From a virus: a stretch of DNA of 64,000 nucleotides. The notes below the pieces were generated by a model. The model was not told the DNA's origin, searched no databases, and saw only the letters and a list, made by a program, of their open reading frames with translations. Position numbers and translations under genes: made by a program. Below are positions 39,416 through 52,069 of this stretch, in pieces. The DNA lies in the IMG/VR virus record IMGVR_UViG_3300005805_000046, positions 32,001-96,000 of that record. One strand, 5' to 3'. Position 1 is the first letter of the stretch. Every line of letters starts with the position of its first letter.

Positions 39416-40204
39416 CTAGGAACTAGTTCTCAAATTTTGCATAAAGCGAAATAACATTAAGTCGCAAAGTTCATTTCTTTCTTTGTCTCCATCTTCGGCA
39501 GATAGTCTCTTCATATTTTCCCATGATCTAATAAATTCTTTAGCGTGTCTTAGTGCTGATAGATTTGGTATGTTTCGATATATTGGAACATAATTATTTG
39601 CTGTTTTTTTCATTAGCGTTATGCGAAGTTCTAATGGCAAAGAGGGAAAATGAGTAATGAAACTACTATCATCTGACCGATATTCTGAGTTTGACGATAT
39701 TTCTAGTGGATACGCATTAAATTCTTTATTTGGTAGATATTTGATATAATCTTGAACATTGTTCCAGTTATTATCAATGAGTTCAATTAAAGCGGCCTGT
39801 TCCCACCAAGAATGATTTATATACTCTTCTTTATTCCATATCTTATATAATAGATCTAGGTTATAACTATTATTAGCGAATAAAATAACTCCAGCATTGA
39901 TTGCGTTAAAATCTTTGGAAATATAAATATATCTATGTGGCTCAATAACGGAGAGAATATCATAACTGCTACCGCTAATTATAGCATCAGCATCTATCCA
40001 TAGAATGTACTGATATTTCTTTTCTTCTAGATTTGTAATCAAATACTGTATTTTTGACCAAGAAGGTGGGCGTATATAGTTATCTGGAATTTTGTACGCT
40101 TCATAGTCAAACGAATGATAATTACAATAGTTGGTAATTATAGAAGAACTTATATCTATTAATGGCTTGTATGAATTATTATATGCAGTAATAACTTTAA
40201 GCAT
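39416..40204 (-). CDS. glycosyltransferase (GT34/MNN10-like)
   Basis: WSKI, WIDADA, NAGV, WEQAA and HF motifs. Confidence 0.85.
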   Translation of the reverse strand: MLKVITAYNNSYKPLIDISSSIITNYCNYHSFDYEAYKIPDNYIRPPSWSKIQYLITNLEEKKYQYILWIDADAIISGSSYDILSVIEPHRYIYISKDFNAINAGVILFANNSYNLDLLYKIWNKEEYINHSWWEQAALIELIDNNWNNVQDYIKYLPNKEFNAYPLEISSNSEYRSDDSSFITHFPSLPLELRITLMKKTANNYVPIYRNIPNLSALRHAKEFIRSWENMKRLSAEDGDKERNELCDLMLFRFMQNLRTSS

Positions 40205-40370
40205 TATTCTAGTTACTATGTTTTTTTCATCTTCTTCTCTAGTCTTTTCATCTTCTTTTCTAGTTTCTTTAGGTATTCCATTTCTTCTTCATGGAATTCC
40301 TTGTTTTCTTTTTCTATCTTTTTGAATATTTTTTTCCAGAATTTCATATTATATTCTCCTTGTTTTTAAG

Positions 40371-40724
40371 TGGAGGCGGCGGCATCGAAGCCGCGTCCTA
40401 GTAATACCGTTTTGATCTTTTCTACAAGTTTATTTTGTTCATAAATTAAGCGAAATTACAGAACAAACAAGACTTATTTCGCCTTACCAACTGCTCTTAA
40501 CCTACAACCCGCTGGATATTGTAAGTGCAGAGGGATTTAACGACAGACTTTTGATCGCTACCCTCATTCGCAATCGCAGTCTGTTACTGCCTGTTTTTAT
40601 TAGGCAGCAAGGGCTAACTGAGTTGTGCCAGTTAAAGCATTTGATATGATGATTAAAGAGGCCAACATATCATCCTCTACTTGCTAAAACCAATCGGTTA
40701 TTATAGTCGAAACCTTTCGCCCCC
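40371..40724 (-). ncRNA. ssrA: tmRNA, predicted tag (A)GTTQLALAA
   Basis: 5' GGGGGCG pairs with 3' CGCCTCC-A including G3-U70; T-arm GCGGC-TTCGAT-GCCGC; tag ORF 40600-40629 reads GGC ACA ACT CAG TTA GCC CTT GCT GCC TAA. Confidence 0.93.
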
Positions 40725-41156
40725 AATGTATTATACTACCCCAAACTATAGTTGATTTCTGGATAATCTATAAAGATATTCTGTTTGACTCAGCCAAATA
40801 TCGTCATTTAGGGAGTATCGTCCTTCGATAATGCTATATATTTGCTTCCTTCCTCTGTAAGATAGTTTGAGCCATAGATTTTCTCCGGTTATATAACAAT
40901 ATCTCCTAGACCAAGAAAATGCTAGTTTCCAGTTTCTTTTTCTTAGTATTCTAGGTATCATTTCCAGCATTAATGTCTGTATTTGACAAGTTTTTAATTT
41001 CTTCCATAAGTTTTTGTAGATCATCGTCGCTAACTGGCATAATGATCCTATTTAGTTCTGATCTGAAACTCTCCATTTCTTGCCACAGCAAGATATTGAG
41101 GGTGACAGAAAAAACCAGAAATGAAAACAGGGTTGCTATAATTGTATTTTTCATAA

Positions 41157-41232
41157 TAGGGCGTGTCTGAGTCGAACAGACCTATGAACACCTTATAAGA
41201 GTGTCGGATGCAACCGGCTTACCTTACGCCCC
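41157..41232 (-). tRNA. tRNA-Ile(TAT)
   Basis: GGGGCGT/ACGCCCT acceptor stem, ACACT-CT-TAT-AA-GGTGT anticodon arm, GTCTG-TTCGACT-CAGAC T-arm; own promoter at 41257-41284. Confidence 0.88.
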
Positions 41233-41601
41233 GTATTTTGAACTATCAACTCTTCTATTCTACTATCGGCAATCGAACTGTCAACTCTTGAAGAAAAATT
41301 TTGAACTAAAGAACCCCAAAAACTTTCATCATAATAACAGAACTCATAATCAACCCAAAGATACTAGTAATTGTGCGAATTAGTTCAAATTTATGGTTAT
41401 GATGGTCTACCCACAATTCAAAATTATCTCTCAGTTTTCCTTCTTTCTTTAGTCTATTCAGTCTTTTTTGACTTAGTTTTTTCATACTCTGGATTCTCTT
41501 CCAATTCTTTAATTTCCTGTTGATATTTTTCTATCTTAGATATTATCTCAGAACACTGTCTGCAACAATCCGAAAAAAGATATTCTTTTAGATGATATAT
41601 C

Positions 41602-42006
41602 TCATTCTTTAGGTTCGATATTGTTTCTTTCAGATTTTGTTTCATTGTTTAGGTCTTTGTCTTTAAGCGTTGGTTGACTTGAACAAGCCCAAAAAATCAT
41701 TTCGTTTGTTTGTTCATCCCAAGCACACTCTATGAGTCCCTTAGAAGCCAACTTTGACAAGCCTACATTATGTATCCAATCTACAATAGTGTCGAACAGA
41801 AACCCATTGGTATCTTCGTCCAGAATTGGTCTGTTTTCGGCATCATAACCAAGACAATGTTCATCCAATAAATTATTGATTTGTCCAATACTTATATAAT
41901 CATCTAGGTTGTCGTTATTCTCTTGAGATATAAAATCCCCGGCCGCTTTCCTCATTTGAGTAGCATAGCCTTCAATATCGTGTATAGCGTAAAAATGGTT
42001 GTTCAT
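41602..42006 (-). CDS. hypothetical protein, paralog of 26924-27352
   Basis: Shared N- and C-terminal patterns. Confidence 0.65.
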   Translation of the reverse strand: MNNHFYAIHDIEGYATQMRKAAGDFISQENNDNLDDYISIGQINNLLDEHCLGYDAENRPILDEDTNGFLFDTIVDWIHNVGLSKLASKGLIECAWDEQTNEMIFWACSSQPTLKDKDLNNETKSERNNIEPKE

Positions 42007-42294
42007 ATATGTACTACTTGATAAATTTATTTACACCTTTTGTGTCCCGATTCTCATTCAGTCTGTCAAATAGTCTGTTTAAGCATTGTTGCATTGTGTG
42101 TTGTCCGCGAGGAAGCCACCTAGTATCATCATACAAAGAGGTTGTGATTTGTGGAATCCAATGTTGGTAAGCCACTTCAAACTCTTCTGGAAAATAATGC
42201 TTTAGTATTCTTTCTATATGGAATACAGAATTACTGATCTCGTCTCTATGATCTAGCAGTTTATTTAACTGATGTTTCTGTTCTGGGGTAAAAC

Positions 42295-42708
42295 TCACGA
42301 TACTGGTTCCTTTGGCTTTAATTTCATCATTTTGTGCTTGGTTTTCCAAACGCCTGTTTCTTTATTTTGAATATCTCCATTCATCCAAATATGACAAAAT
42401 CCTGCTTGCTTATCAATACCCCATGCGAGAATACCGTTTTCGTCTACTTTTTCCACAACAAAACGCCCGCGATAACCCATTGGAATGAATTCGCCCCTAC
42501 TTACATAAAACGGGCCACCGGCAACCTTAACCCTATCACCCTTAACCAATTCTCTCCAATTAAAGTCTCGGATAATCTTTGTGTTTTTAGACTCCTTGCT
42601 CTTTGCCTTAAAAACAAATGGATGATTACAATTCTTGCACATATATGCACGGGGGCCGGTTACAGTGCCGCATTTTTCGCAAGCCTTCTTACCTTTTCCA
42701 AGACCCAT
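42295..42708 (-). CDS. Zn-ribbon protein
   Basis: G.K.C.KCG...GPRA..C.NC; promoter at 42748-42775. Confidence 0.7.
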   Translation of the reverse strand: MGLGKGKKACEKCGTVTGPRAYMCKNCNHPFVFKAKSKESKNTKIIRDFNWRELVKGDRVKVAGGPFYVSRGEFIPMGYRGRFVVEKVDENGILAWGIDKQAGFCHIWMNGDIQNKETGVWKTKHKMMKLKPKEPVS

Positions 42709-42785
42709 TGTAAAATCTCCTGAGTGTGAAATTGTCGTTACATGGTAAGTATAACACAGTTATCGGCATTGTCAAGCCGCGGTCT

Positions 42786-43220
42786 TTAGGAATTTCTGTG
42801 AGCCTCACAACGAGTTGAAATCCAGCCGTCTTTATTGGGTTCTCCTTTGTTGCCACAAACGTCACAAATCTTATAACTAATTGCTTCTGCCATGCTAACT
42901 AAACCCTCTATATATTCATCGCCACCACTAAAATAGACTCTAAGACCACCATATTTTTCTTTGATTTGGTCAAATTTTACGGGAAAATAGTCTATATCTT
43001 CCTTGTCATTTTGTGTTCCGACTTTATTTCTAATCCGTATTCTTTCTGATATATTTTCTTCATGCTGTTTAATCATCCAACAAAGAGAAGATAGAATGTC
43101 ATACCAACCTTCCCCGCACTCTATGCCAAAACACATAGGGCTTTCCATAGGAGTCTTGTCTTTATTGAAAAAAAGTTGCGGATATTTTTCGTATAACTGA
43201 TTTTGTAATTCGCTGTTCAT
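42786..43220 (-). CDS. hypothetical phage protein
   Basis: ECG.GW, QIKEKYG.LR.Y and C..CG..G...C..H motifs. Confidence 0.75.
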   Translation of the reverse strand: MNSELQNQLYEKYPQLFFNKDKTPMESPMCFGIECGEGWYDILSSLCWMIKQHEENISERIRIRNKVGTQNDKEDIDYFPVKFDQIKEKYGGLRVYFSGGDEYIEGLVSMAEAISYKICDVCGNKGEPNKDGWISTRCEAHRNS

Positions 43221-43912
43221 AGTCTTTTTTGTTCTTCTGATTTATAATCCGGTTCTGGTACAATAGTGAGTTTACCTGGACTATAGTGACAAAAGTAACT
43301 TTGCTTAATCTTTCGTTTAATTAAATTGTTTTCTTCGATTTCAACATAGACATTAATGCGATAACGATTTTCAAATACATTAATAATTCTAGTCATCAAA
43401 TAGTGTTTAGGTTTATTTACCTGCTTAAATAGAAGGTGTTCAATCTCCAAATCCATTAAGAGTTCTCCTCAAAAATCTTTTCAATATTAGTAATCAATAC
43501 CAGACGATCATCGCCCCTACTGTCGCTGACGTAATAAGTGTCACAGACAAATTCATCGCCCGTGTCGGCATCGTGTACTAACACTGGTCTGCTCCAATCA
43601 AAAGTTCCTACTGCATTAATATTGTTTGCTCTTTCGTTCAGAAAATTATATAAATCAAGCCAAGTCATTTGATTCATCTTCCTCTCCTATTTGCTCTATC
43701 AAGAATACGGATGGTTTCTTTAGCATTACTTGGAACCATCACTAAACTTGGTGCTGTTTTGTGTCCCCAGTCCATAAAGCCAACAGCCTTATTTTCTACA
43801 CTACATTCCTTACAGATAATTTTGCGACCCGTTTCCGATAGGAACTCATACCGATCAATACCGACGCAACTTTTGCAATAAATACAGTTCATAGCAACCT
43901 CCGTTAATCGGA

Positions 43913-44371
43913 TTATACCATCATCATCGGCACTGTCAACGCTCCCGCTTCAATCGAATATCCAAAACTGTCGATAAATTGTCCGCTATCTGTGCTATAA
44001 AAAACATTATTTAGTCCTACAGCACTTAACAGTTTGTCACAATTTTCGCAAGGCTTACTTCCTAAAATAAGTCCTTTTCTATTAATACGCATAACAACAA
44101 TAGACCAACTAGGATCAATGGAGTTATACATATCAAGTAATTTAGAAATAAGATGAGATTCAGCATGGACAAATGGGTATTCCTTATACTTTGGTAAATT
44201 AAACTGCTCACCTATTCTGTAGGCTCTGGTATTGGTTTTGATCGGGTTGTTTTTGCTGAAACATATCATTTTCTGTCCATCAAAAGCAGCAGCATAATGA
44301 TAGCACCTAATTAGAGGACTAGGGTTCCAGTTCGCATATGCTTTACGAATAGTCTTATTAATAATTTTCAT
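43913..44371 (-). CDS. cytidine/nucleotide deaminase-fold protein
   Basis: HAE...SKPC..C zinc-binding motif. Confidence 0.8.
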   Translation of the reverse strand: MKIINKTIRKAYANWNPSPLIRCYHYAAAFDGQKMICFSKNNPIKTNTRAYRIGEQFNLPKYKEYPFVHAESHLISKLLDMYNSIDPSWSIVVMRINRKGLILGSKPCENCDKLLSAVGLNNVFYSTDSGQFIDSFGYSIEAGALTVPMMMV

Positions 44372-44515
44372 TTTATTTCGTAGCCAACATATACAAGCCG
44401 CAATTAGCAAAAGAATACCCAGCATAGGCTATGCCAAGCCCAATATTCCCCTTATAAAATTGCTCTATACTAACATAAGCGTAAACACAGCCAGTTAATG
44501 CTATAAGCCATCCAC

Positions 44516-45430
44516 TCATGCTAATACTCCTTTACAAATTTCTTCGTGCTTCTCTATGGCGTAGTCTTTGGCTTTTAGTTCCATATCTACATCAAAATCT
44601 AATCCATATGTCTCAAACTTATTATAGGCATAGTCTGCATGGGCTCTAGGATTATTGCCCTCTTTTGATTCACTATAATGAAATAGCGGCTTGCGTCCAT
44701 GCCAAGTATCGTGACAGGCAGAAATAGCAGTATTTTCATTAAGCATATCAGAGTGGCATTTGTGATGTAGATAGTCGAACGTGATAGGGATATTGGTTTT
44801 TGGATGAAAATGAGTGATTAGTTCACGAACACTCCAGCAATTCAACTTGTCATCATTTTCAATAACAAGTCTTGCCTTGCAGTTATCGTCTAATTTGTTA
44901 AAGTTTCGTTTAAATCTTTCAATAATTTCATCATACGTTCCATTTTTATTGTGAACATGAATATTCATGGGGCTATTATAATTGGCTGGAAGGCCAATTC
45001 TATCGAAGAAACTACTATAAAAGTTTAGTTCTGTGATAGTTTTTTCTACTGCTTTTTCGTTCGTAGAAGCAAGAACATTAAACTCTGATGGATGACAGGA
45101 TACGCGAACGCCAGTATTTTTAATGGTTTGTTCAATGTTATCCATTTCGTCTTGAACATCTTCATAATTTGGTAAATCTTCTAATGAGATATTGGCCTCA
45201 TCAAAAGTGATAAGAGGAAATAGATCGCTACTAACTCTGTAAGCGTAGCCATTATCTCCGCAAAATTTGATTGTTTCATTGGTTACAACCATGTTATTAT
45301 GGATACGATCACCAAGGACACTCAACGCTTCCTCTCTTGGTAGAGAGGAAAAACGCTTATAGGTCATAGTTTGAAATCCATGACCCTGTTCCTTAAGTTT
45401 TAAAGATATACAGCACAGACCGTAAGCCAT
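44516..45430 (-). CDS. uvsE: UV damage endonuclease UvsE/UVDE
   Basis: GLCC, YRVSSDLFP, HP.EF.VL.S, IENDD, FDYLHH, FHYSES, AHAD and E.K.K motifs. Confidence 0.92.
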   Translation of the reverse strand: MAYGLCCISLKLKEQGHGFQTMTYKRFSSLPREEALSVLGDRIHNNMVVTNETIKFCGDNGYAYRVSSDLFPLITFDEANISLEDLPNYEDVQDEMDNIEQTIKNTGVRVSCHPSEFNVLASTNEKAVEKTITELNFYSSFFDRIGLPANYNSPMNIHVHNKNGTYDEIIERFKRNFNKLDDNCKARLVIENDDKLNCWSVRELITHFHPKTNIPITFDYLHHKCHSDMLNENTAISACHDTWHGRKPLFHYSESKEGNNPRAHADYAYNKFETYGLDFDVDMELKAKDYAIEKHEEICKGVLA

Positions 45431-45475
45431 AGATTCTCCTAAGATAGCATCAGTATACTAGACTATCGGCATGTG

Positions 45476-46099
45476 TCAAGACGATTCTTGAGTTTTTTCG
45501 TATTCTTGCAGGAGTGCCGCTCTCATTGATTCGGAAATACTACCAGAGTCTAGATAATAGTCCAGACTGGTATTGAATGTATTGGGCATATGAGATAAAA
45601 CCCTATCGGAATATATTGGGTTTTTTGGTCTTTTTCGTAAAGAACGATTTATGTGATAATGAAGCAAATATGCGTTAACAGCACGAATATACTTATCAAC
45701 ACTTACATCCTCTATAGGATTATTCTGTAGCAATCTTAGCGCTTTATTCTCGCAATCATGTTCTAGTTCTAGAATATCATGAAGACTTTGGTTCAATTCT
45801 TCATCAGTATAATTAGATTCAGGCTTGTCTATCCACTCAAATAAAGTGTCGTATGTTAGTAGTGATCTATCCCACAAATCACGATTATTTTTCCATTGTA
45901 GGTAGTGACAATACTCATGTAAGAATACTTCAAAACCCATATCGTGATCTAAAGCAACAACCAATTCTTTCTCTCCTTCTTCTGCACCAAACCATCCTCC
46001 GTAGCCATCCAATTCCTTTTTTCTATGTATCAATACAGAAAATCCATTGGCTAGAAGTTCTCTTGTGCATTTCGTGATAAAGTTTAATTTGGTATCCAT
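45476..46099 (-). CDS. putative Zn metallopeptidase
   Basis: FLHEYCHYLQ (HExxH) and downstream E.DCE. Confidence 0.65.
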   Translation of the reverse strand: MDTKLNFITKCTRELLANGFSVLIHRKKELDGYGGWFGAEEGEKELVVALDHDMGFEVFLHEYCHYLQWKNNRDLWDRSLLTYDTLFEWIDKPESNYTDEELNQSLHDILELEHDCENKALRLLQNNPIEDVSVDKYIRAVNAYLLHYHINRSLRKRPKNPIYSDRVLSHMPNTFNTSLDYYLDSGSISESMRAALLQEYEKTQESS

Positions 46100-46407
46100 G
46101 CTATTTATCTGTAGGTTTTTCTTTGTTCGTAATAGTAATACTAATTTTATTGTCTTTATAAATAGAATATAATAGGCAGGTCGTTAAGCAAATCAAAGGG
46201 ATAAATACCAGTAGTCCTAAAAACAAAAATACAATAAACAACAATAAACAAATATCTGCCAAGCCCATAGTTATCTCCTGTTATTTTTTTCTATAAAATC
46301 TGCTAATCTGAATATAATCAATGCTGTTGTAAACAGAACCATACCTACCGATACTATAATTAGTGGGGCCATGAACAGAATATCGGTATAGTTTTCAAAT
46401 CTAAGGA

Positions 46408-47043
46408 CTACCATGCCAAAGCCTCCGCTATTGTTGGAAATTGTTGTTTAAAAATTTCTTTAGCATCATTGGCTATCGTCATATGTTCTTTTTGGGTGCC
46501 ATGAGCAGCCCTAAGATTGATATAATGAATCCATGACCGAACACTACCGCTCATATAAAGCCTTGTTGGTGTTGCTAACGGTAGTATAAATCTAGCACAC
46601 TCTTTAGCAATTCCGTCTGCTATCATCCCGTCATAAATAGACTTTGCCTTGGCAAAATGCTCCCTTATCTTTGAGTTCCACTTAGACTTAATCTCATCAC
46701 TAATGTCGTTAATACTATTTTGACGATTTTTAGTGTCTTGCCTTCTTAATTCAAACAGAGGAATATCTTCTGCTAAAAGAGTTGCATCTGCATATCTTTG
46801 ACTAAATTCTTGGAAGGTAAAACTTCTGTGTCTTAAGATTTGAGCAGCGATGCCTCTGGTGGTTTCTATTTGAAGAGTCATAAAAGCCTGTTCAAATATA
46901 GACCAGTGCTGATGATCTATACAATACTTCAATAGTTTGCTGTAGTTTTGATTGTCTTGATTAGAAGGGTTGCTAACCCTAGCACAATAAGATATGAGTT
47001 TTTCTGCGTCTGGGGTGGCACCGATAAATTTTACTGAGTTCAT
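46408..47043 (-). CDS. thyX: flavin-dependent thymidylate synthase
   Basis: HWSIFEQ, QILRHRSFTFQEFSQRY, ECARFILP and TQKEH motifs. Confidence 0.97.
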   Translation of the reverse strand: MNSVKFIGATPDAEKLISYCARVSNPSNQDNQNYSKLLKYCIDHQHWSIFEQAFMTLQIETTRGIAAQILRHRSFTFQEFSQRYADATLLAEDIPLFELRRQDTKNRQNSINDISDEIKSKWNSKIREHFAKAKSIYDGMIADGIAKECARFILPLATPTRLYMSGSVRSWIHYINLRAAHGTQKEHMTIANDAKEIFKQQFPTIAEALAW

Positions 47044-50000
47044 TTAGATTCCCTATTTTTGAAAATATCTTGTTATTTTTTCCCATGCTGGCTTAAAAAA
47101 ATAGACAGCAACAAACCCAATAATCCCGTTGATAGCAGAAGATAGTATGCTGGTGATGGTTAATGCTGGCAGGCATTGTATTTTATTGTCTTTGCTAGAC
47201 TGTTTATCAGTAGTCCGACACATTAAACTTTCCTATTGTTTTAGATTCTTGAAAGACTGTCTGATGCTCTGCCCATTTATTATTAGTAATACTATTATAG
47301 ATATCTTTCGCAAGTTTACTAACGCTTAATGAAACGCCGCTTACTTGAGGATCATCTACTTTAGACCAATAATACGAATGTCCATTAACACTATCGTCTT
47401 TTTCCTTAACCGTTTCGTACCCCTGATCCTTTGCCCACTTTTTTATTTCTGACCAGAGCATCCAATTTCTCCCTAGAGTGACGTTCATTATACAACTTGT
47501 TCAGCATCCTGTCAATATCGGATATTTGCTCTTTGTCGAGGCCATAGCCTTTTCTCAATGAGTATTGACAAATCCTAATAAGTAAATCATAATCATTTTT
47601 TGTCATATCTTTTCCAAGCCTCTTTATGTTTAATTGCTATAATCTCTGATCTTTGTTCTTTAATAACATGATACTGATAAGAGATTAACTCTTTAAGACC
47701 ATCAATATATGCTTGTATGGTGGGGTCTTGTATGTCAATATTCTCTTCTAGTATTCTGTATTTTAGAGGATTGGGAGTTTCTTTCATTGGTTATGTTCTA
47801 TCTTTGGTATTAGGTTTGTATCGTCCGATACTTCTTTTAGTTCTATAGTAAGTAATGATAGGTTTTTATTGCCTGAGTTTTTAGATACCAGCATTTGAAT
47901 TAGTTGACATATTTTTTCGCAAGAAATCTGTTGTTGGGTGAGAGATATTGCTATTTTAGTGTCCATAAATTATTATTCTTGTATCTTTGTTCCCATATCA
48001 TAGGCATATCCATCTTCGGGATCGTCGCTATAAACTCCTTCATATTCATTATCCCACCAAGGAATTTTGCTATCTGGTAATATCTCACTCATTATTTTCT
48101 CATCCCGCTCTTCATAAATTTTCCGCGTTTTTTTCTATAATATCTGCAATAGTTGAAAATTTTTTGCCAGCGTCGTTCAAGTCTGCTAAACACTTAGTAT
48201 CCTTAAATGTGCCATAAGCATCTTTTTCAATATAAGAAAAAGTACCCATGTCGTTTTTAATACCGGCCCATTTTCTTACTACGGTTGGTAGCGAACCATC
48301 TTTGTTACCAAATTTAACATAACGATGATCTAATGCTGGTTCATCATTACATTCTTTTACTGAGATGGTTTTTTTGTGATTCTTTTTCATAGTATCATTA
48401 TAGAGTTCACAAAGAACTCCTAAACAACAATGTCTTGGCTGTCCACTACTGTTGAATTGTTTTAGAAAATTCTGTCCTTGCTTATATTTCCCGCTACGCA
48501 AAGCATTAATCCACTTTTTAGCAATGTCTTTTCTCATATTATTCCTTTTCTACCATCGTTCCGTTCTTTACTACATAAATCTTAGTATTACCGCTTGATC
48601 TAATATATTCCCGCCCGCCATCAATCATATTTCCATTGTTGAAACTTTTATAATCATGATGATACTGAGAATATTGAAGATCACCACCATCATCCTCCAC
48701 CATACCAAAAGTGAAATCTTCTACTTTGTCGGCATTAAATATTACATAATCGCCACTGTCGTAGTTATATCCAAAACCAAAATATTTGTTTCCAAATTCT
48801 GGATGAGGAGTCTCTCTGTAAAAAATATCCACAGGAGCATCGCTTCGTCTAAAGTCTGTGGTACAAACATAGGCTATTGGAACACCATCTTTTGCAGAAT
48901 AATACTCTATAACTTTGTCTGTTTTTGTTAAGGGGAAGTGTTTAATCATTGGTATATTCTTCTAGTTTTTGGACTGCCTCGTTTCTCCTATGATGCCACA
49001 ATCGGGCGAGTCCGGTTAAATTATCAGCATAACCCATATCGTTCTGGTTGTCAAATACAAAATCGACCAGACTCTCAGATAACTTTAAAACATCTTTTGG
49101 GGTTAGTCTATGCTCGCTATAGTCAGTGTAGGAATATACCCTAAGATAGAATGGTCTGTCATTAAGAAGAGGATTATGATGTAGTTCTATCAACAGATCA
49201 TTATTTATCTCTATGGTCTGTTTTTTATATTCTGACATTTGTGAGTTCTTCCTAATGCTTTGCTACTAAAGTCTAGTTGTTTATTGTCCTCGTCCTCTAT
49301 TAAGGCATTAAAATCAGACAATAGTTCTATCTCTATTTCCTCTGCTGTAATCGTGTAGTCTCTAAATATTTTTTTGTCCTTAGAATCATAAACCCTAAAG
49401 AAATGTTTATTGTTTATTGGGCTATATAACAGAAAACCTCTGATACCTTTTGCTGAAATTTCTATCATAGTATAGTATAATCTTGTCCTTCTAGGGGATC
49501 TTTTTCATAAGGATATTTAAATGGCCCCAAAACCTGCCTTCTCTTGTCTTTAATAAAGTTTAGAACCTCCAAAAAACAATTTTCACAAAGATCAATATTA
49601 TACTTCGTACCATCATCCTTTGATCCGTATCCCCAACAACTTTCTAATGTAGCATAATCTGGCCCTATATTGGTATTATTTGTGGTGCTTTTCCCGCAAA
49701 CATCACAATTAACATCATCAACAACTCTTCTTAATTGCTCTTTAAAAGTTTTCATCGAATATTTCCATATCGTCAAAATTATAGGGTTCTACAGTCCAGC
49801 CTAGTTTTAATAGGTCTAGTCTTACCTCGTCTGTAACAAAACCCTCACCAACAAAGCCATCGGTATTATGTCCTATACCACTACAATACCAATCAATATA
49901 ATCTCCCTTTTCATTTAGATCAGCAACAATGCCGCCAGCATATCTCCAAGAACAAGTCCATTCTTTTTTGTTTTGTAAAAATCTATTGTTACATAAAGCA

Positions 50001-52069
50001 GCGTATAAGTTCTGGCTATAAACAACACTATATTTACACTTATTGGCAATCCATTCAGAACCCCTTAAATCCCAACCTAGATCAGCGTCTTTGGGGCTTT
50101 CTTTCTGAGACAACATACGTTGTATTGAATCAAAATAATCTTGAGTAATATCACCTTTATCCAGGGACTTTTTATAATGGTTCATCATAAAACTGCCCCT
50201 ATCGGGACTTGTGAAGTATTTCATGCCAGTTTTTCTCTAGGTGGTTCATAATATCTGGTATTTTACGATCATTGTAAAAACAGTCAAGATGCGAACCCGT
50301 TAATTCTCTATATTTATCCGGCCACGCTTTACGCAAGCAATTCATAACATTCTGGCCCTGCCTTATACCTAACTGATAATGAATATCAACATAGTGTTTA
50401 AATTGTTGAAATGTCATGTCCAAAGACTTCCTCTGATCTTAATAAGTTCAATAAGCATCTTTGTATCTTCTTTTTCGTAATTGTCTTGCGTTTTACTAAT
50501 TTGCTTATAATAACTCTTGCCGTGCTTTTCCTCAGAGAAAATTTCGTAAGGGTCTGGTCTGTTGTCTCTGTTTTTCCACCAGTTATATAACTCTACTGTT
50601 TTACGAGCGGCGACTGCCTGTTCAGTTGGCTCACCAAACCCCTTGTCTCCCTTTCTAAAGCCATAATCTTTGTTATAGGTCAAACCACTAGCCCATTTTA
50701 AATAATCAAGCCCAGCCTCAACGCAGCGACCGCGAACAAACTCATACTTCTTTTCCTTATAGCACTTGAATAAATGGGCGTATTCTATTTCAACAAGATC
50801 AACAAGTTCATTAAAAAGACCATGAATAATTCTATAATCTAAGTCATAGTAATTACCCGGCTCTAATCCCGTATTCAGACAATGAGTTTTGTCTATAAAT
50901 CTATTGCGAACGTAAGCCTCTATGGTATAGTAAATATCACAGGGTAAATAAATTATATCCTGCAAACGATCAAGCAGTTTTTCTGCCACCCAATATCTAT
51001 AAGGATGTTTAGTTTGAGCATCTTTACGCCACTCATCCCAACCATCCCATGCTAGTGCGTATGGTTTATCTGTTCCTCTAATCCAGTCTGCTAAACTAGA
51101 GCAACTCCAATAGTTTATTCTGCTTCTTTTGCTTAGTTTAAACATATTAATCTAATTCAACCCCATGTTCATTCACCAGCCTATAGAATTCTTCACGAAT
51201 TTTATCAAGAGCATCATCAGCATCTTTAAAGTCATTACCATATTTCTGCCAAGAACGAAGTTGTTGAGCAAAATACCATAGCATACTCTTGGCTTTCGCC
51301 GCATTAATAGCAGTATCAAATTCGCTCTGTTCTTCTGGTAAGTTAAATCTCAACGTAACTATTGGCATGATTATTCTTTATGGTTATCAAGTTTAAGTGC
51401 TTGGGTAAAAGCCCCAAAGGTATCATCGGTATGAAGTTCAATCAAAACGGACAAACCCTCTAAAACATTAGCGAGTTTATCGTTATTCATCTTATTTTCC
51501 AGTACAGCATTTGTTACAGACCGCAGATGATCTGCAAAAAGTGCTGTTTGATTAATCTTGTTTTCAAGATCAAACCTATCCATTAGCAATCTCCTTTTCA
51601 TATTCCTCAATATCTGTCTTAAATTCATCCGCTTGGCCTAAAACAACAGCGGCATGATACAAAATATGATCTCTAGGATCGCTACCGTCCTGAATAAATT
51701 CCTGATAACTAATTTGCTCACTATCACAATCAAAAATATATCTAGCACACTCCATAGCAGCATCGGTATAGTTCAGTTCGGTCTGTGTACGCATATTTTG
51801 CTCCTTTTTAAGTAAGTTCCTTGATAATCTTATCAAACTTATTCTGAATCTTCTTGTTTTTAGAGGAATCGCAAAATCCAAGTCCCTTTTTGGTTTCTTC
51901 AACGCTTTCAACAATAGGAGGCTCATATTCGGTAGTTGTCCACTGACAATTCTTCTCAAAGAAAGTAAAGTCTAGTTCTCCAAGACCATCGTGAACGTCA
52001 TCCTTGTTTTCAGCCTCAATAACAAAAGAGGTACTCTTAGCCTCAACGTAATTCATAGTAACCAGATAT

